From assembly GCA_963588055.1 (NCBI GenBank), contig CAVAGB010000002.1:66527-130526 (forward strand): a DNA stretch of 64,000 nt, read 5' to 3'. The notes under the pieces were generated by a model. That model saw only the letters and a list, made by a program, of their open reading frames with translations, was not told the DNA's origin and did no database searches. This stretch comes from Erysipelotrichaceae bacterium (GTDB taxonomy: Bacteria; Bacillota_I; Bacilli_A; RFN20; CAG-826). Positions within the stretch are counted from its first letter, which is position 1. Each line of letters begins with the position of its first letter. The translations under genes and the position numbers were made by a program. Positions 8,711 through 17,094 of this stretch are shown in pieces.

Positions 8711-9079
8711 TTATTCAGCCTTCGGCTCGGAGGGGACTTCCGCTTCCTGCTCTTTCGCAAGACCAAGTCGCTGAGCACGGCGAAGCGCCCTTTCCGAATC
8801 CCTGTCCCCTTCTCTTGCGAAGAAGGTGAGGCAGATGACGGCTAGAAGCGCGGAAGCGCCGATGAGGACGAGGCCCCAATAGCGGTAGCCTAGGGGAGAC
8901 CAGCTCGTGAGCCAGACTTTCTCGGAGACCAAGATGCCGTTATCGCTAGCGAGCAAGGGGAGATGTTCCCCCACGATCCCCACGATGAGGAAGGCGAGTC
9001 CAGCCACCCCGAAAAAGGCGGCGATGACATACCACACCAGTTCTTTGGTGCTGAGTTTCTTGGTCGGCTTCTTGTCCAT
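8711..9079 (-). CDS. hypothetical 2-TM membrane protein with charged C-terminal tail
   Basis: 122 aa. It starts 3 nt after the stop of the upstream 288-aa ORF. I recognise no motif. Confidence 0.55.
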   Translation of the reverse strand: MDKKPTKKLSTKELVWYVIAAFFGVAGLAFLIVGIVGEHLPLLASDNGILVSEKVWLTSWSPLGYRYWGLVLIGASALLAVICLTFFAREGDRDSERALRRAQRLGLAKEQEAEVPSEPKAE

Positions 9080-9081
9080 GA

Positions 9082-9948
9082 TCAGGCAGCTTTCTTCTCG
9101 GCTTCCGCGGCTTTCTTAGCCTCCTCGTCGGCCTTTACCTGCTCGATGAGAGCATTGACGGTCGGGACGTAGATAGCGCGGAAAGCGGCTTCGGTGTCGC
9201 GGACATAGAGGTTGATGGTCTCGATGGTCTCCCTCATGACGTCAGGGAATTTCTTGCCGACTGGGAGGTCGCGGCGGCCGGTCATGTTCTCCATGAGGCC
9301 GACGATCTTATCTTCCATGTTCTTGTAGACGGCGTTGGTGATTTTGGCGTTGCTGCGGACGAAATTGATGTTCTGGATGACGGCGGAGATGTCGTTGCCG
9401 ATGAATTTGGAGGCGGGGGTCTCCTCGCCTTTGGCTTCGTTCCTGGCTTGGTTGTATTCGTTGAAGAGGCGGCAGAGGTCGTTGACGAGGGCCATGTAGG
9501 CGACGCCGCGATACATCGCCTCATCGGCGTCGTGGAGCTTCTCGACGTCGGCGACGTCAAGGTTGTTCTGATGGCCATTGGCGAGCACGCCCATGATCAT
9601 GTTGTTGACGTTCTCGTGGATGGGGAGGACGTGGCGGTAGATGGCGAGGTGCTGATTGTGGTCCACGCGGAGGCCGTCGTCGGCCGCTTTGAGGATGGTG
9701 GAATCATCGCCGTAGACTTCCGCGTAGAAATCGCGGATCGCCTTCTCGAGTTTCTCGCCGTTCTCTCCGGAGTGGTCGATGATGTCCTTGAGCGGAGTGT
9801 GCTGATCGACCTCGACCAAGATGGAGCGCTTCTTCTCTTCGAAAAGCTTGGGATCGTAGCTGTCTTTGCGGATGCAGTATTCGAGGGTGTCCCTCACGGC
9901 CACGTTGTAGTGTTCGAGCGTGGTAACGACTTCGCTGATCTGATTCAT
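9082..9948 (-). CDS. hypothetical soluble helical protein with Ala/Lys/Glu-rich tail
   Basis: 288 aa with strong core-like codon bias. I recognise no motif. The C-terminus is EQVKADEEAKKAAEAEKKAA. Confidence 0.6.
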   Translation of the reverse strand: MNQISEVVTTLEHYNVAVRDTLEYCIRKDSYDPKLFEEKKRSILVEVDQHTPLKDIIDHSGENGEKLEKAIRDFYAEVYGDDSTILKAADDGLRVDHNQHLAIYRHVLPIHENVNNMIMGVLANGHQNNLDVADVEKLHDADEAMYRGVAYMALVNDLCRLFNEYNQARNEAKGEETPASKFIGNDISAVIQNINFVRSNAKITNAVYKNMEDKIVGLMENMTGRRDLPVGKKFPDVMRETIETINLYVRDTEAAFRAIYVPTVNALIEQVKADEEAKKAAEAEKKAA

Positions 9949-9952
9949 TCTT

Positions 9953-10819
9953 CTAATTTCCTTTCGAGGCTTTGCTATCCTCAGACGGGTATAGCACTTC
10001 TTCCAAGTCGCTCACCCTTTTGATCACATGGGCGGCGTGGGTTCTGACGGATGCGGGGCTATGGGCCATGCAGTAGCTTTGCTCATGGAAAGCGTCGAAC
10101 ATGGGGACGTCATTGCCGGAATCGCCAACAACCATGGTATTATCGTTAGATAAGCCTAGCTTTGCAAGATAGAAGGCGACGCCTTCGGCTTTCGTGCAGC
10201 CCTTCGGGGCCACCTCGATGAATTGGTTGACCCAGGAGAAGGAGAATTCGGGGTATTTAACCTTCAATTCCTCAGTCATCCTTTCCGCGAGGGCCCTCTT
10301 CTTTTTGCTGAATCCCACCAGGAACATCATCTTGTAGCCGTTCTCTTTCTCGATCTCGTCGTAGAAGATGTGGTCGCTGCGGACGTTCTTCTCGTGGTAG
10401 ACGCCTTGGAAGGCTTCGTAGGTCAAGTAGAGGAACTGGGTCCAGAAAGAGGTGAAGGTGCGCGTCATGATGGTGCCTTTGGTAGCGCTGTTCAGCAGGA
10501 AGAGCTTCGGGTGGTAACGCTCCCTGAGCTCATCGATGAGCTGCTTGAATTCCTTCGCGGGGAAGGCCTGTTTCTTCACGATTTTCCCATCCGCGGAGAT
10601 GATGGCCCCGTTGCAACAAATGAAATCGCAGGGGGCACCCAGCTTTTTGGGGATCTTGTGCATGAAGGGCAAGCCGCGCGAAGTAACGACGACGAGCCTT
10701 CCCCCATCGGCGATGAAGCGCCTGAGGAACTTCTTGTTGGCCCGCGTGAACATCGAAAAGATCTTCTTCGGGTAGAAGAGGGTCCCGTCTAAGTCAGTTG
10801 CGATCACTTTGCCTTTCAT
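9953..10819 (-). CDS. Cof-type HAD-IIB phosphatase
   Basis: DLDGTLF motif I, TSRGLP motif II and GDSGNDVPMF motif IV. Confidence 0.8.
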   Translation of the reverse strand: MKGKVIATDLDGTLFYPKKIFSMFTRANKKFLRRFIADGGRLVVVTSRGLPFMHKIPKKLGAPCDFICCNGAIISADGKIVKKQAFPAKEFKQLIDELRERYHPKLFLLNSATKGTIMTRTFTSFWTQFLYLTYEAFQGVYHEKNVRSDHIFYDEIEKENGYKMMFLVGFSKKKRALAERMTEELKVKYPEFSFSWVNQFIEVAPKGCTKAEGVAFYLAKLGLSNDNTMVVGDSGNDVPMFDAFHEQSYCMAHSPASVRTHAAHVIKRVSDLEEVLYPSEDSKASKGN

Positions 10820-10869
10820 ATGCGAGGGAAATCTTAACCTTTTTGGCGTTTCAGTTCACTTCTTTTCTA

Positions 10870-10892
10870 AAGAAAAGGACCCCGAAGGGCCC
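10870..10892 (-). terminator. probable terminator after hpf
   Basis: The minus strand reads GGGCCCttcgGGGTCC followed by TTTTCTTT. Confidence 0.4.
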
Positions 10893-10913
10893 TTTCCCAG
10901 TCTGTAGAAGGAC

Positions 10914-11468
10914 TTATTTCGCGATTTTGTTCTCAGCCTCGATGACGCCATAGCCGCCGTCTTCGCGCTTGTAGGCGACGGAGATGCGGTTCTCCTCATC
11001 GTCGAGATAGATGAAGAAATTATGGCCGATGGCCTCCATCCTGGTAATGGCTTCGTCGATCGACATCGGCTCGAGGAAGATCGACTTGGTCCTGACGACT
11101 TCTTCCTCCCCTTCTTCCTCTTCTTCCTCGACGATGTTCTCGAGGGCAATCGCCCTGCCCAAGGAAGCGGATTCCTTGGTGCGGTCCATGCGAGTCTTGA
11201 GTTTCCTCATCTGTCCTTCGAGCTTGTCCATGGCGAGATCGACGGCGGCATAGAGATCGTTGTTTTTGACTTCGGCGCGGAAGGTCATCTCCTTGGTGAA
11301 GATGGTGATTTCGACTTTGGCCCCAACGGAGTAGGAGCGAACGACGGCACGGCATAAAACGGAATCATCGATGACGAAGTATTTGTCCATGCGGCCGAGC
11401 TTTTTCTCAAGCTCGGACCGAATAGAATCGGTCACTTCGATGTTCTTCCCGATAATTTGGTACTTCAT
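10914..11468 (-). CDS. hpf: ribosome hibernation promoting factor (long HPF)
   Basis: MKYQIIGKNIEVTDSIR..., an acidic linker, then a C-terminal dimerisation domain (KPMSIDEAI...GHNFFIY). Confidence 0.9.
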   Translation of the reverse strand: MKYQIIGKNIEVTDSIRSELEKKLGRMDKYFVIDDSVLCRAVVRSYSVGAKVEITIFTKEMTFRAEVKNNDLYAAVDLAMDKLEGQMRKLKTRMDRTKESASLGRAIALENIVEEEEEEGEEEVVRTKSIFLEPMSIDEAITRMEAIGHNFFIYLDDEENRISVAYKREDGGYGVIEAENKIAK

Positions 11469-11512
11469 ATTTTACCTCCAGCCCTTTTGGGGCCTACCAA
11501 CACCATTATTCT

Positions 11513-11541
11513 AAACAAAAAGGGGCGTATTATCACCCCTT
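11513..11541 (-). terminator. intrinsic terminator after metK
   Basis: The minus strand reads AGGGGTGataataCGCCCCT followed by TTTTTG. Confidence 0.6.
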
Positions 11542-11579
11542 TCGTCAACAAATTCTCAATTTGCTTCCTTCGCGCAACT

Positions 11580-12749
11580 TCACTTGGCGAACAGGAAGGA
11601 CTTCAACTCATCCACTTTGTCGAGTTTCTCCCACGGCAAGTCCAGATCAGGGCGGCCGTAGCAGCCGTAATTGCAGGTATCAGCGTAAGCAAATTTCGGC
11701 GTGGTGAGCCCAAACTGGGCGATGATGGCGCCCGGGCGGGCATCAAAGAAGCGCCTCACCGCTTCGAGAATCTTATCCTCATCGACGTGGGCGGTCCCAA
11801 AAGTCGCCAGCCCAAGCGAGATCGGCTCAGCCACCCCTATGGCATAGCTAAGTTGGATTTCCAAGCGATCAGCGGCGCCGGCGGCCACTAAGTTCTTGGC
11901 AATGTAACGCGCATAATAAGAGGCGGAACGGTCGACTTTGGAAGGGTCTTTCCCAGAGAAAGCTCCCCCGCCATGGCGCGAGCTGCCTCCATAGGTATCG
12001 ACGATGAGCTTGCGCCCGGTGAGGCCGGTGTCCCCGGCGGGCCCTCCCACAACGAAGCGACCGGTGGGGTTGATGAGCACTTTGAAGTCCGTGTTGAGCC
12101 CAAAGCTCTCCGCGACCGGAGCCATGATGGAGTTATAGACATAAGCCTTGAAAGCATCCATATCGACGTCGGGATTGTGCTGAATGGACATGAGCATCGT
12201 GTCGATTCTGATGTTCTTTGGATCGGAATAATCGATGGTTACTTGGCTCTTCATATCGGGGCGCGCGCCAACAAATAAGCCGCTTTTGCGGAGTTTTGTG
12301 GCTTTGCGGACCAATTTATGGGCGATGGAGATAGGCAAGGGCATATAGCCTTCGCTCTCGTTGGTGGCATAGCCGAACATGATCCCTTGGTCGCCGGCTC
12401 CCTGGGCGAGGGGATCGCCCCTATCGACTCCTTGCTCGATGTCGGGGGACTGCTCTTTGACGAGGACCTTGATCTGGCAGGTATCGCATCCGATGCCAAG
12501 CTCTTTGTCGGTGTAGCCGATTCTGCGGAGAACCCCCCTAGCGATCTTCTCGTAATCGACTTTCGCTTTGGTGGTGATTTCGCCTCCGATAAGCACGAAC
12601 TCCGTCGTGGCGAAGACTTCGCAGGCGACGTGCGACTTGCTGTCTTGGCGGAGGCATTCATCCAGAATCGCGTCGGCGATCTGGTCGCAGACTTTGTCGG
12701 GATGCCCTTCGGAGACCGACTCGCTGCTGAACAAAATTTTCTCTTTCAT
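11580..12749 (-). CDS. metK: S-adenosylmethionine synthetase
   Basis: Start set at MKEKILFSSESVSEGHPDKVCDQIAD (ATG 12749, with SD GGAG). GAGDQGIMFGYA and GGGAFSGKD motifs are present. The longer track ORF runs into the leader. Confidence 0.95.
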   Translation of the reverse strand: MKEKILFSSESVSEGHPDKVCDQIADAILDECLRQDSKSHVACEVFATTEFVLIGGEITTKAKVDYEKIARGVLRRIGYTDKELGIGCDTCQIKVLVKEQSPDIEQGVDRGDPLAQGAGDQGIMFGYATNESEGYMPLPISIAHKLVRKATKLRKSGLFVGARPDMKSQVTIDYSDPKNIRIDTMLMSIQHNPDVDMDAFKAYVYNSIMAPVAESFGLNTDFKVLINPTGRFVVGGPAGDTGLTGRKLIVDTYGGSSRHGGGAFSGKDPSKVDRSASYYARYIAKNLVAAGAADRLEIQLSYAIGVAEPISLGLATFGTAHVDEDKILEAVRRFFDARPGAIIAQFGLTTPKFAYADTCNYGCYGRPDLDLPWEKLDKVDELKSFLFAK

Positions 12750-12772
12750 GAGACCTTCTTTCTCCTCTAGGC

Positions 12773-12935
12773 AATAAAAATACCTCCCACATGTGGAAGG
12801 CAACCGAGGCAGTGCGCATTTCCTCCAAGCATCGTTCCCTTGTGGGCAAGGGCTCACAACGAGCACTTACCTCTATAGAGGAGTTGCTAGCGCCCTGGTT
12901 ACGTTGTGTTGACGGCGCTTCTTGATGTCTGGCTT
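12773..12935 (-). promoter_or_regulatory. SAM-riboswitch-like leader (SAM-I/SAM-IV-clan core) with terminator hairpin
   Basis: Minus-strand RNA: CAUCAAGAAGCGCCGUCAACACAACGUAACCAGGGCGCUAGCAACUCCUCUAUAGAGGUAAGUGCUCGUUGUGAG. It has GCGCC/GGCGC and CCUC/GAGG helices, conserved GCAAC and AAGUGC joiners, and CACAACG/CGUUGUG pseudoknot potential. It is followed by CCUUCCAcaugUGGGAGG plus UAUUUUUAUU at 12773-12800. Confidence 0.55.
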
Positions 12936-12947
12936 TTTGCCGAGGAA

Positions 12948-12976
12948 ACTATAGGGTGATCCGCCTCGCTTTACAA
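12948..12976 (-). promoter_or_regulatory. promoter of the metK leader
   Basis: On the minus strand: TTGTAA (12976-12971), a 17-nt spacer, then TATAGT (12953-12948). Confidence 0.5.
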
Positions 12977-12988
12977 GGGGCAGCCCAC

Positions 12989-13017
12989 TAAAAAAGCGGC
13001 GGGTTTCGCCCCACCGC
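12989..13017 (-). terminator. intrinsic terminator after the pduL-TSCPD operon
   Basis: The minus strand reads GCGGTGGGgcgaaaCCCGCCGC followed by TTTTTT. Confidence 0.65.
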
Positions 13018-13023
13018 CAGGCA

Positions 13024-13284
13024 TTAGGCTTTCAATGCTTTAATTTCTTTCAGGGCCTGAGCCAATTGGTCAGGGCAGGAAGTGCTCTTGCCTCCGCACT
13101 TAAGTCCGTCGAGGCAAGCGATGACGTCGTCGATTTTCCTTCCCTTCACCAAGGAAGCGACGCCTTGCAGGTTGCCGGGGCATCCGCCGATGACGCGCAG
13201 GGAGACGATCGTGTCGCCGTCGTAGATGATCTCCATCTGACGCGAGCAGACGCCTTTGGGAGAGAAGATGTAGCTTTTCTCCAT
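13024..13284 (-). CDS. TSCPD-domain small Cys-rich protein (TIGR03905-like)
   Basis: 86 aa containing GGCPGNLQG...CGGKSTSCPDQLA, the signature I associate with the four-Cys TSCPD family. Confidence 0.65.
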   Translation of the reverse strand: MEKSYIFSPKGVCSRQMEIIYDGDTIVSLRVIGGCPGNLQGVASLVKGRKIDDVIACLDGLKCGGKSTSCPDQLAQALKEIKALKA

Positions 13285-13290
13285 AAGGGC

Positions 13291-13908
13291 TTACTTCACG
13301 ATCTCCCCATAGACGACTCCGGAGCCGCAGCAGGCGTTGGACTCATCGGTGTCGATGTGCATGGCGAGGGCGTATTTGCTGGAGACGCGTACGACGGTGT
13401 CGCCGAAGATGGTGGCCCTGCCTTTGCCGGTGTCGACTTTGACGGAGACGATCTCGCCGTTTTTGACTCCGAAACGCTCAGCGTCCTCGGGGGTCATATG
13501 GATGTGGCGCTTCGCAGCGATGACACCTTCTTCGATGTCGACTTCGCCAGCAGGCCCTTTGAGGGTGCATTTCCCAGATCCTTTGATGTCGCCCGACTCG
13601 CGGACGGGGGCAGAGACGCCGAGCTTCCTGGCTTCGGTGAGGGAGACCTCTACCTGGTTATGGTCGCGGACGGGGCCGAGGATGGAGAAAGCCATGCTCG
13701 GGCGGGGGAGTTTGCCTTCGGGGTCTTTCCTGGGGTCGTTATAGCCAAGGACCTCCACTTTGTCGGTGGAAGCGAATTGGCCAGGCTGGGAAAGCATTTT
13801 CTTAGCGGTGAGCTGATGGCCTGCGCCGAAGAGGACCTCCAAGGTCTCCTGGGTGACGTGGACGTGGCGCGCGCTGGTCTCAACTAGAATTTTGTCGGAT
13901 TCAGACAT
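13291..13908 (-). CDS. pduL: phosphate propanoyl/acetyl-transferase PduL
   Basis: The duplicated motif (SARHVHV... and AAKRHIHM...) is typical of PduL. The start is set at MSESDK (13908) with an AAGGAG SD. Confidence 0.8.
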   Translation of the reverse strand: MSESDKILVETSARHVHVTQETLEVLFGAGHQLTAKKMLSQPGQFASTDKVEVLGYNDPRKDPEGKLPRPSMAFSILGPVRDHNQVEVSLTEARKLGVSAPVRESGDIKGSGKCTLKGPAGEVDIEEGVIAAKRHIHMTPEDAERFGVKNGEIVSVKVDTGKGRATIFGDTVVRVSSKYALAMHIDTDESNACCGSGVVYGEIVK

Positions 13909-14007
13909 TTTGATTGCTCCTTTGTTTGTGACGCGCCCCATTATAGACCTTGCCAAGCAAAGCGAAAGAAAAAGGAGGGCGTCGTCCCTTTATTCCTTAT
14001 ATATAGG

Positions 14008-15057
14008 TCAGCGGTTCAGGAAATAAGCCGCGCGATAACCCGTAGGTAAAAAAGAAGAGCCAACGATCAAAGCAAGATAGAGCAAAGAATCGGCGAGGAT
14101 GCGCGAAGGCAGGGCACCTAAGCCAGTGCAGGAAAAGCCATAGGAGAGCCCAAAGCAAGCCAAGGAGAGGAGGAGGAAAACGAAGAAATCCAAGATGGTT
14201 TTCTTCATCCTCGGGCGAATGAAGAAGATGCAGCAATGGGTCAACAGTTCATAGAGGAGGAAACAGATCGCGGAAGAGCATAACCCCGCAAAAAGAGCTC
14301 CCAATGAAGTCTGAGCGAAGCAATTCCCCGCAAAAAGCCAATAAAACAAGCAATCCAAAAAGCCCAGCAAAACCCCGCTGAAAATGTAACAGGTCGGGAA
14401 TCTAGCGATGCGGATGGAATCGATGACGCGACGGTAATGGGTGCCGGCGTTGCCGTTCAGATAAATCGTTTGGATGGGCATTTCAACAATTCTCTCTTCC
14501 CTAGCGATCCCAGCAAGGAAGCCCATCTCGAATTCATAGCGGGACCCTGGGCTCGCCAAAAAAGAGGAGAAACGGCATTTAGGGATGCCGCGAAGCCCCG
14601 TTTGGGTATCCTCCAGCGAGACGCCCGTCATGATCTTGAAATAGAAGGAGCTCCACCACGAACCATTTTGGCTATGGGAAGGCATATCGCTTCTTTTCCT
14701 TGTCCCAAGCACCACCGAATCCGGATGGGATAAAAGGGCGTCGCGTACCTTCAGGATGTCTTCATAGGCGTGCTGGCCATCCCCATCCGCCGTGACGACC
14801 CCTCCCAGCTCGGGATCCTTTTTCATCAGATAACGCAACGCCTCTTTCATCGCCCTTCCTTTGCCTTTGTTCTTGTTTAGGCGCAGCAAGGTGAAAAGAC
14901 CAAGCCCCTTAACCTGGTCGAAGATATGCCCATAATCCTTTCCCGAGCCGTCATCCACCATCACGAAATAATCAAAATCCCCTTTCTCGAACTTCGAAAG
15001 GAAGGGCAAAACCAGCTCGCTTGGCTGGTAGATGGGGATGATGAGAGCGCACTTCAT
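14008..15057 (-). CDS. family-2 glycosyltransferase fused to a 4-TM GtrA-like C-terminal domain
   Basis: MKCALIIPIYQPS...VDDGSGKDY...DGDGQH (the GT2 DxD region), followed by hydrophobic helices. I prefer the ATG at 15057 over the TTG at 15075. Confidence 0.7.
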   Translation of the reverse strand: MKCALIIPIYQPSELVLPFLSKFEKGDFDYFVMVDDGSGKDYGHIFDQVKGLGLFTLLRLNKNKGKGRAMKEALRYLMKKDPELGGVVTADGDGQHAYEDILKVRDALLSHPDSVVLGTRKRSDMPSHSQNGSWWSSFYFKIMTGVSLEDTQTGLRGIPKCRFSSFLASPGSRYEFEMGFLAGIAREERIVEMPIQTIYLNGNAGTHYRRVIDSIRIARFPTCYIFSGVLLGFLDCLFYWLFAGNCFAQTSLGALFAGLCSSAICFLLYELLTHCCIFFIRPRMKKTILDFFVFLLLSLACFGLSYGFSCTGLGALPSRILADSLLYLALIVGSSFLPTGYRAAYFLNR

Positions 15058-15165
15058 GCGAATATGATTGCCCAAAGGGCAAGAAAAGGCAAAAAGAAAC
15101 GCGAATTCCCTAGCCCAACGAGGACGAAAAAGTCTATCCTAGTCGCGGAAGAAAGGAGGCCGCTT

Positions 15166-16794
15166 ATGGAAGAAGAGAAGAAGCCCACCGAAGGGCAGGA
15201 AAACAGCTCTGATGAAATCAAAAACGAAACCATTCAGGAGGGGGCCCCTTTCAGTAGTCAGGACGAAGCGGAAAACGACAACGGAATCGATGTAGAGAAG
15301 ACGTCGGAAGAAGAGCTCGCGCATCTAATCGAAGCCAAAGACAGAAAGGGTCTCATCGAGATTTTTGACAAAGTCCCGACCATCGATATCGCCGAAGCCG
15401 CCAACGATCTAAGCCCCGAGCAGCTCATTTACATATTCCGTAATCTGAGCAGCGCTCTCACCGCCGACTTTTTCGACGGCTTCACCCAGGAGACGAAGGA
15501 AAAGCTCATCAAGGCGATGACCGACCGCGACCTAGTAAAGATCATCAACTCCCAAGCCGCCGACGACGTCGCGGACACCGTCGGAGGGTTGCCCGCCAAC
15601 CTCGCCTCGAAAGTCCTCCGCGCCGCCGACAAGGACATGCGCGAAGACATCAACCAGCTCCTCAAGTACAAAGAAGACACAGCCGGCTCTTTGATGACCA
15701 CCGAGTACATCGAACTTCTCGACACCACCCGCGTGGATGAGGCCATTCAAGAGATCAGGGAGAAAGGGAGGGACGCGGAGACCGTCTACACCATCTTCGT
15801 CCGCGACAAGCTCCGCCATTTCGAAGGGACCGTCGACCTCGACGACCTCATCTTCGCTAAACCAGACGAGACTTTGAAAGACATCATGAACGAGGATGTC
15901 GTATCCGTCTCGACCAGCACCGACCAAGAAGAGGTCGGCCAGATGTTCTCCCGTTATGACCTGAACGCTCTAGCCGTTTTGAACGACGACGATCGCCTCG
16001 TCGGCGTCATCACCATCGACGACGCGGTCGACGTCATCAAAGAAGAGTCCAGCGAGGACCTCGCCCGCATCACCAACATGGAGCCGAGCGACCGCCCATA
16101 TAGCGAGACCTCCATCTGGAGCAACGCGAAGAAATGTTTCCCTTGGATCATCGCCTTGCTGATTTTGGGCACTTTCACGACCATGGTTTTGAACCGTCTC
16201 GAAAGCCAGACCATCTTCACCTCTTTGCCGATTCTCATCTCCTTCGTTCCCACCTTGATGGATACGGGCGGAAACGCCGGGGGGCAAACGACCGGACTCA
16301 TGATCAGAGGTTTGGCCATCCATGAATTCGGTCCAAAGCAAACGCTTAAAATCGTTTGGAAAGAAGTCCGTTCGGCATTGGTCGTTGCTTGCTTCGTTGC
16401 GGTTTTCGCTTTCCTTTGGGTGGCGATGGAAGAATATACGGGAATCGTGAGCATGGGGGTGGTCACAGACACCTCCGGCAAAGTCTTTGATTTCAGCGGC
16501 ATGACCATTTGGGATGGCTCGGCCTTCAACGGGAAATACGTGGACGGCGTGCTGACAGTCAGCGGGGCGGACTTCGCTTCGCATTCTTTGATCTTCGCCG
16601 CCTTGGTCGCCCTAACGATGTTCATCGCAATCACCTTCTCGAAAGCAATCGGAACTTTGCTTTGCATGGCCAGCGCCGCCATCAAGAAAGACCCCGCTAT
16701 GCTCGCCCAGCCCCTCCTCACCACAGTGATGGATGTGGCCACCCTTCTCATCTACTTCGCCATGGCCTGCGTCTTCTTCCCGAAATTCGCTTAA
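15166..16794 (+). CDS. mgtE: magnesium transporter MgtE (with acidic N-extension and an extra loop in the TM domain)
   Basis: ATG at 15166 preceded by GAAAGGAGG. An MgtE N domain and two CBS domains are present, along with PTLMDTGGNAGGQT and LLTTVMDVATLLIYF motifs. Confidence 0.9.
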   Translation: MEEEKKPTEGQENSSDEIKNETIQEGAPFSSQDEAENDNGIDVEKTSEEELAHLIEAKDRKGLIEIFDKVPTIDIAEAANDLSPEQLIYIFRNLSSALTADFFDGFTQETKEKLIKAMTDRDLVKIINSQAADDVADTVGGLPANLASKVLRAADKDMREDINQLLKYKEDTAGSLMTTEYIELLDTTRVDEAIQEIREKGRDAETVYTIFVRDKLRHFEGTVDLDDLIFAKPDETLKDIMNEDVVSVSTSTDQEEVGQMFSRYDLNALAVLNDDDRLVGVITIDDAVDVIKEESSEDLARITNMEPSDRPYSETSIWSNAKKCFPWIIALLILGTFTTMVLNRLESQTIFTSLPILISFVPTLMDTGGNAGGQTTGLMIRGLAIHEFGPKQTLKIVWKEVRSALVVACFVAVFAFLWVAMEEYTGIVSMGVVTDTSGKVFDFSGMTIWDGSAFNGKYVDGVLTVSGADFASHSLIFAALVALTMFIAITFSKAIGTLLCMASAAIKKDPAMLAQPLLTTVMDVATLLIYFAMACVFFPKFA

Positions 16795-16801
16795 ATAGTA
16801 T

Positions 16802-16830
16802 TTGCAACCCCGAGGGAACTTTCTTATAAT
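16802..16830 (+). promoter_or_regulatory. sigma-A-type promoter of tRNA-Leu(GAG)
   Basis: TTGCAA (16802-16807), a 17-nt spacer, then TATAAT (16825-16830). Confidence 0.6.
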
Positions 16831-16840
16831 TCCTCTCGCT

Positions 16841-16925
<85 letters not shown>

Positions 16926-16937
16926 GCGAAAACTTAG

Positions 16938-16962
16938 CCAAGCGGAAACGCTTGGTTTTTTG
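16938..16962 (+). terminator. intrinsic terminator after tRNA-Leu
   Basis: CCAAGCG gaaa CGCTTGG followed by TTTTTTG. Confidence 0.65.
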
Positions 16963-17079
16963 TTTCATATCCATGTGGTAAAACACGCATAAGAAATCTT
17001 TGCAAAACCCGCTCTTTTTCTTGTTTTGCAGGGTTTTCGAAGCGTAAATCAAAAAGAAGAAAAGGAAAACCAAAAGCGC

Positions 17080-17085
17080 TATAAT
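17080..17085 (+). promoter_or_regulatory. -10 hexamer TATAAT, 9 nt upstream of ABC-F ATG (no SD)
   Basis: gcgcTATAATttcgcggctATG. Confidence 0.3.
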
Positions 17086-17094
17086 TTCGCGGCT

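Noticed and set aside
8487-8829. Short ORFs overlapping tRNA-Ser and its terminators (similar ORFs at 22563-22842 and 22997-23266 over the tRNA cluster)
   Set aside because: They coincide with well-folded tRNA genes and terminator hairpins.
12750-12866. 39-aa N-terminal extension of the metK ORF
   Set aside because: MetK homology starts at MKEKILF, which has a good SD. The extension covers the riboswitch terminator.
13066-13887. 273-aa ORF antisense to the TSCPD and pduL genes
   Set aside because: Shadow ORF spanning two real genes and their junction. Its composition is low-complexity and rich in A/D/G/V.
15076-15165. Possible M-box (Mg2+) riboswitch upstream of mgtE
   Set aside because: Only about 90 nt are available, and none of the conserved M-box segments are recognisable.
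16961-16985. Imperfect dyad TGTTTCATATCCATGTGGTAAAACA upstream of the ABC-F gene
   Set aside because: Only the 5-bp ends pair and the spacer is long. It does not match parS or any operator that I know.
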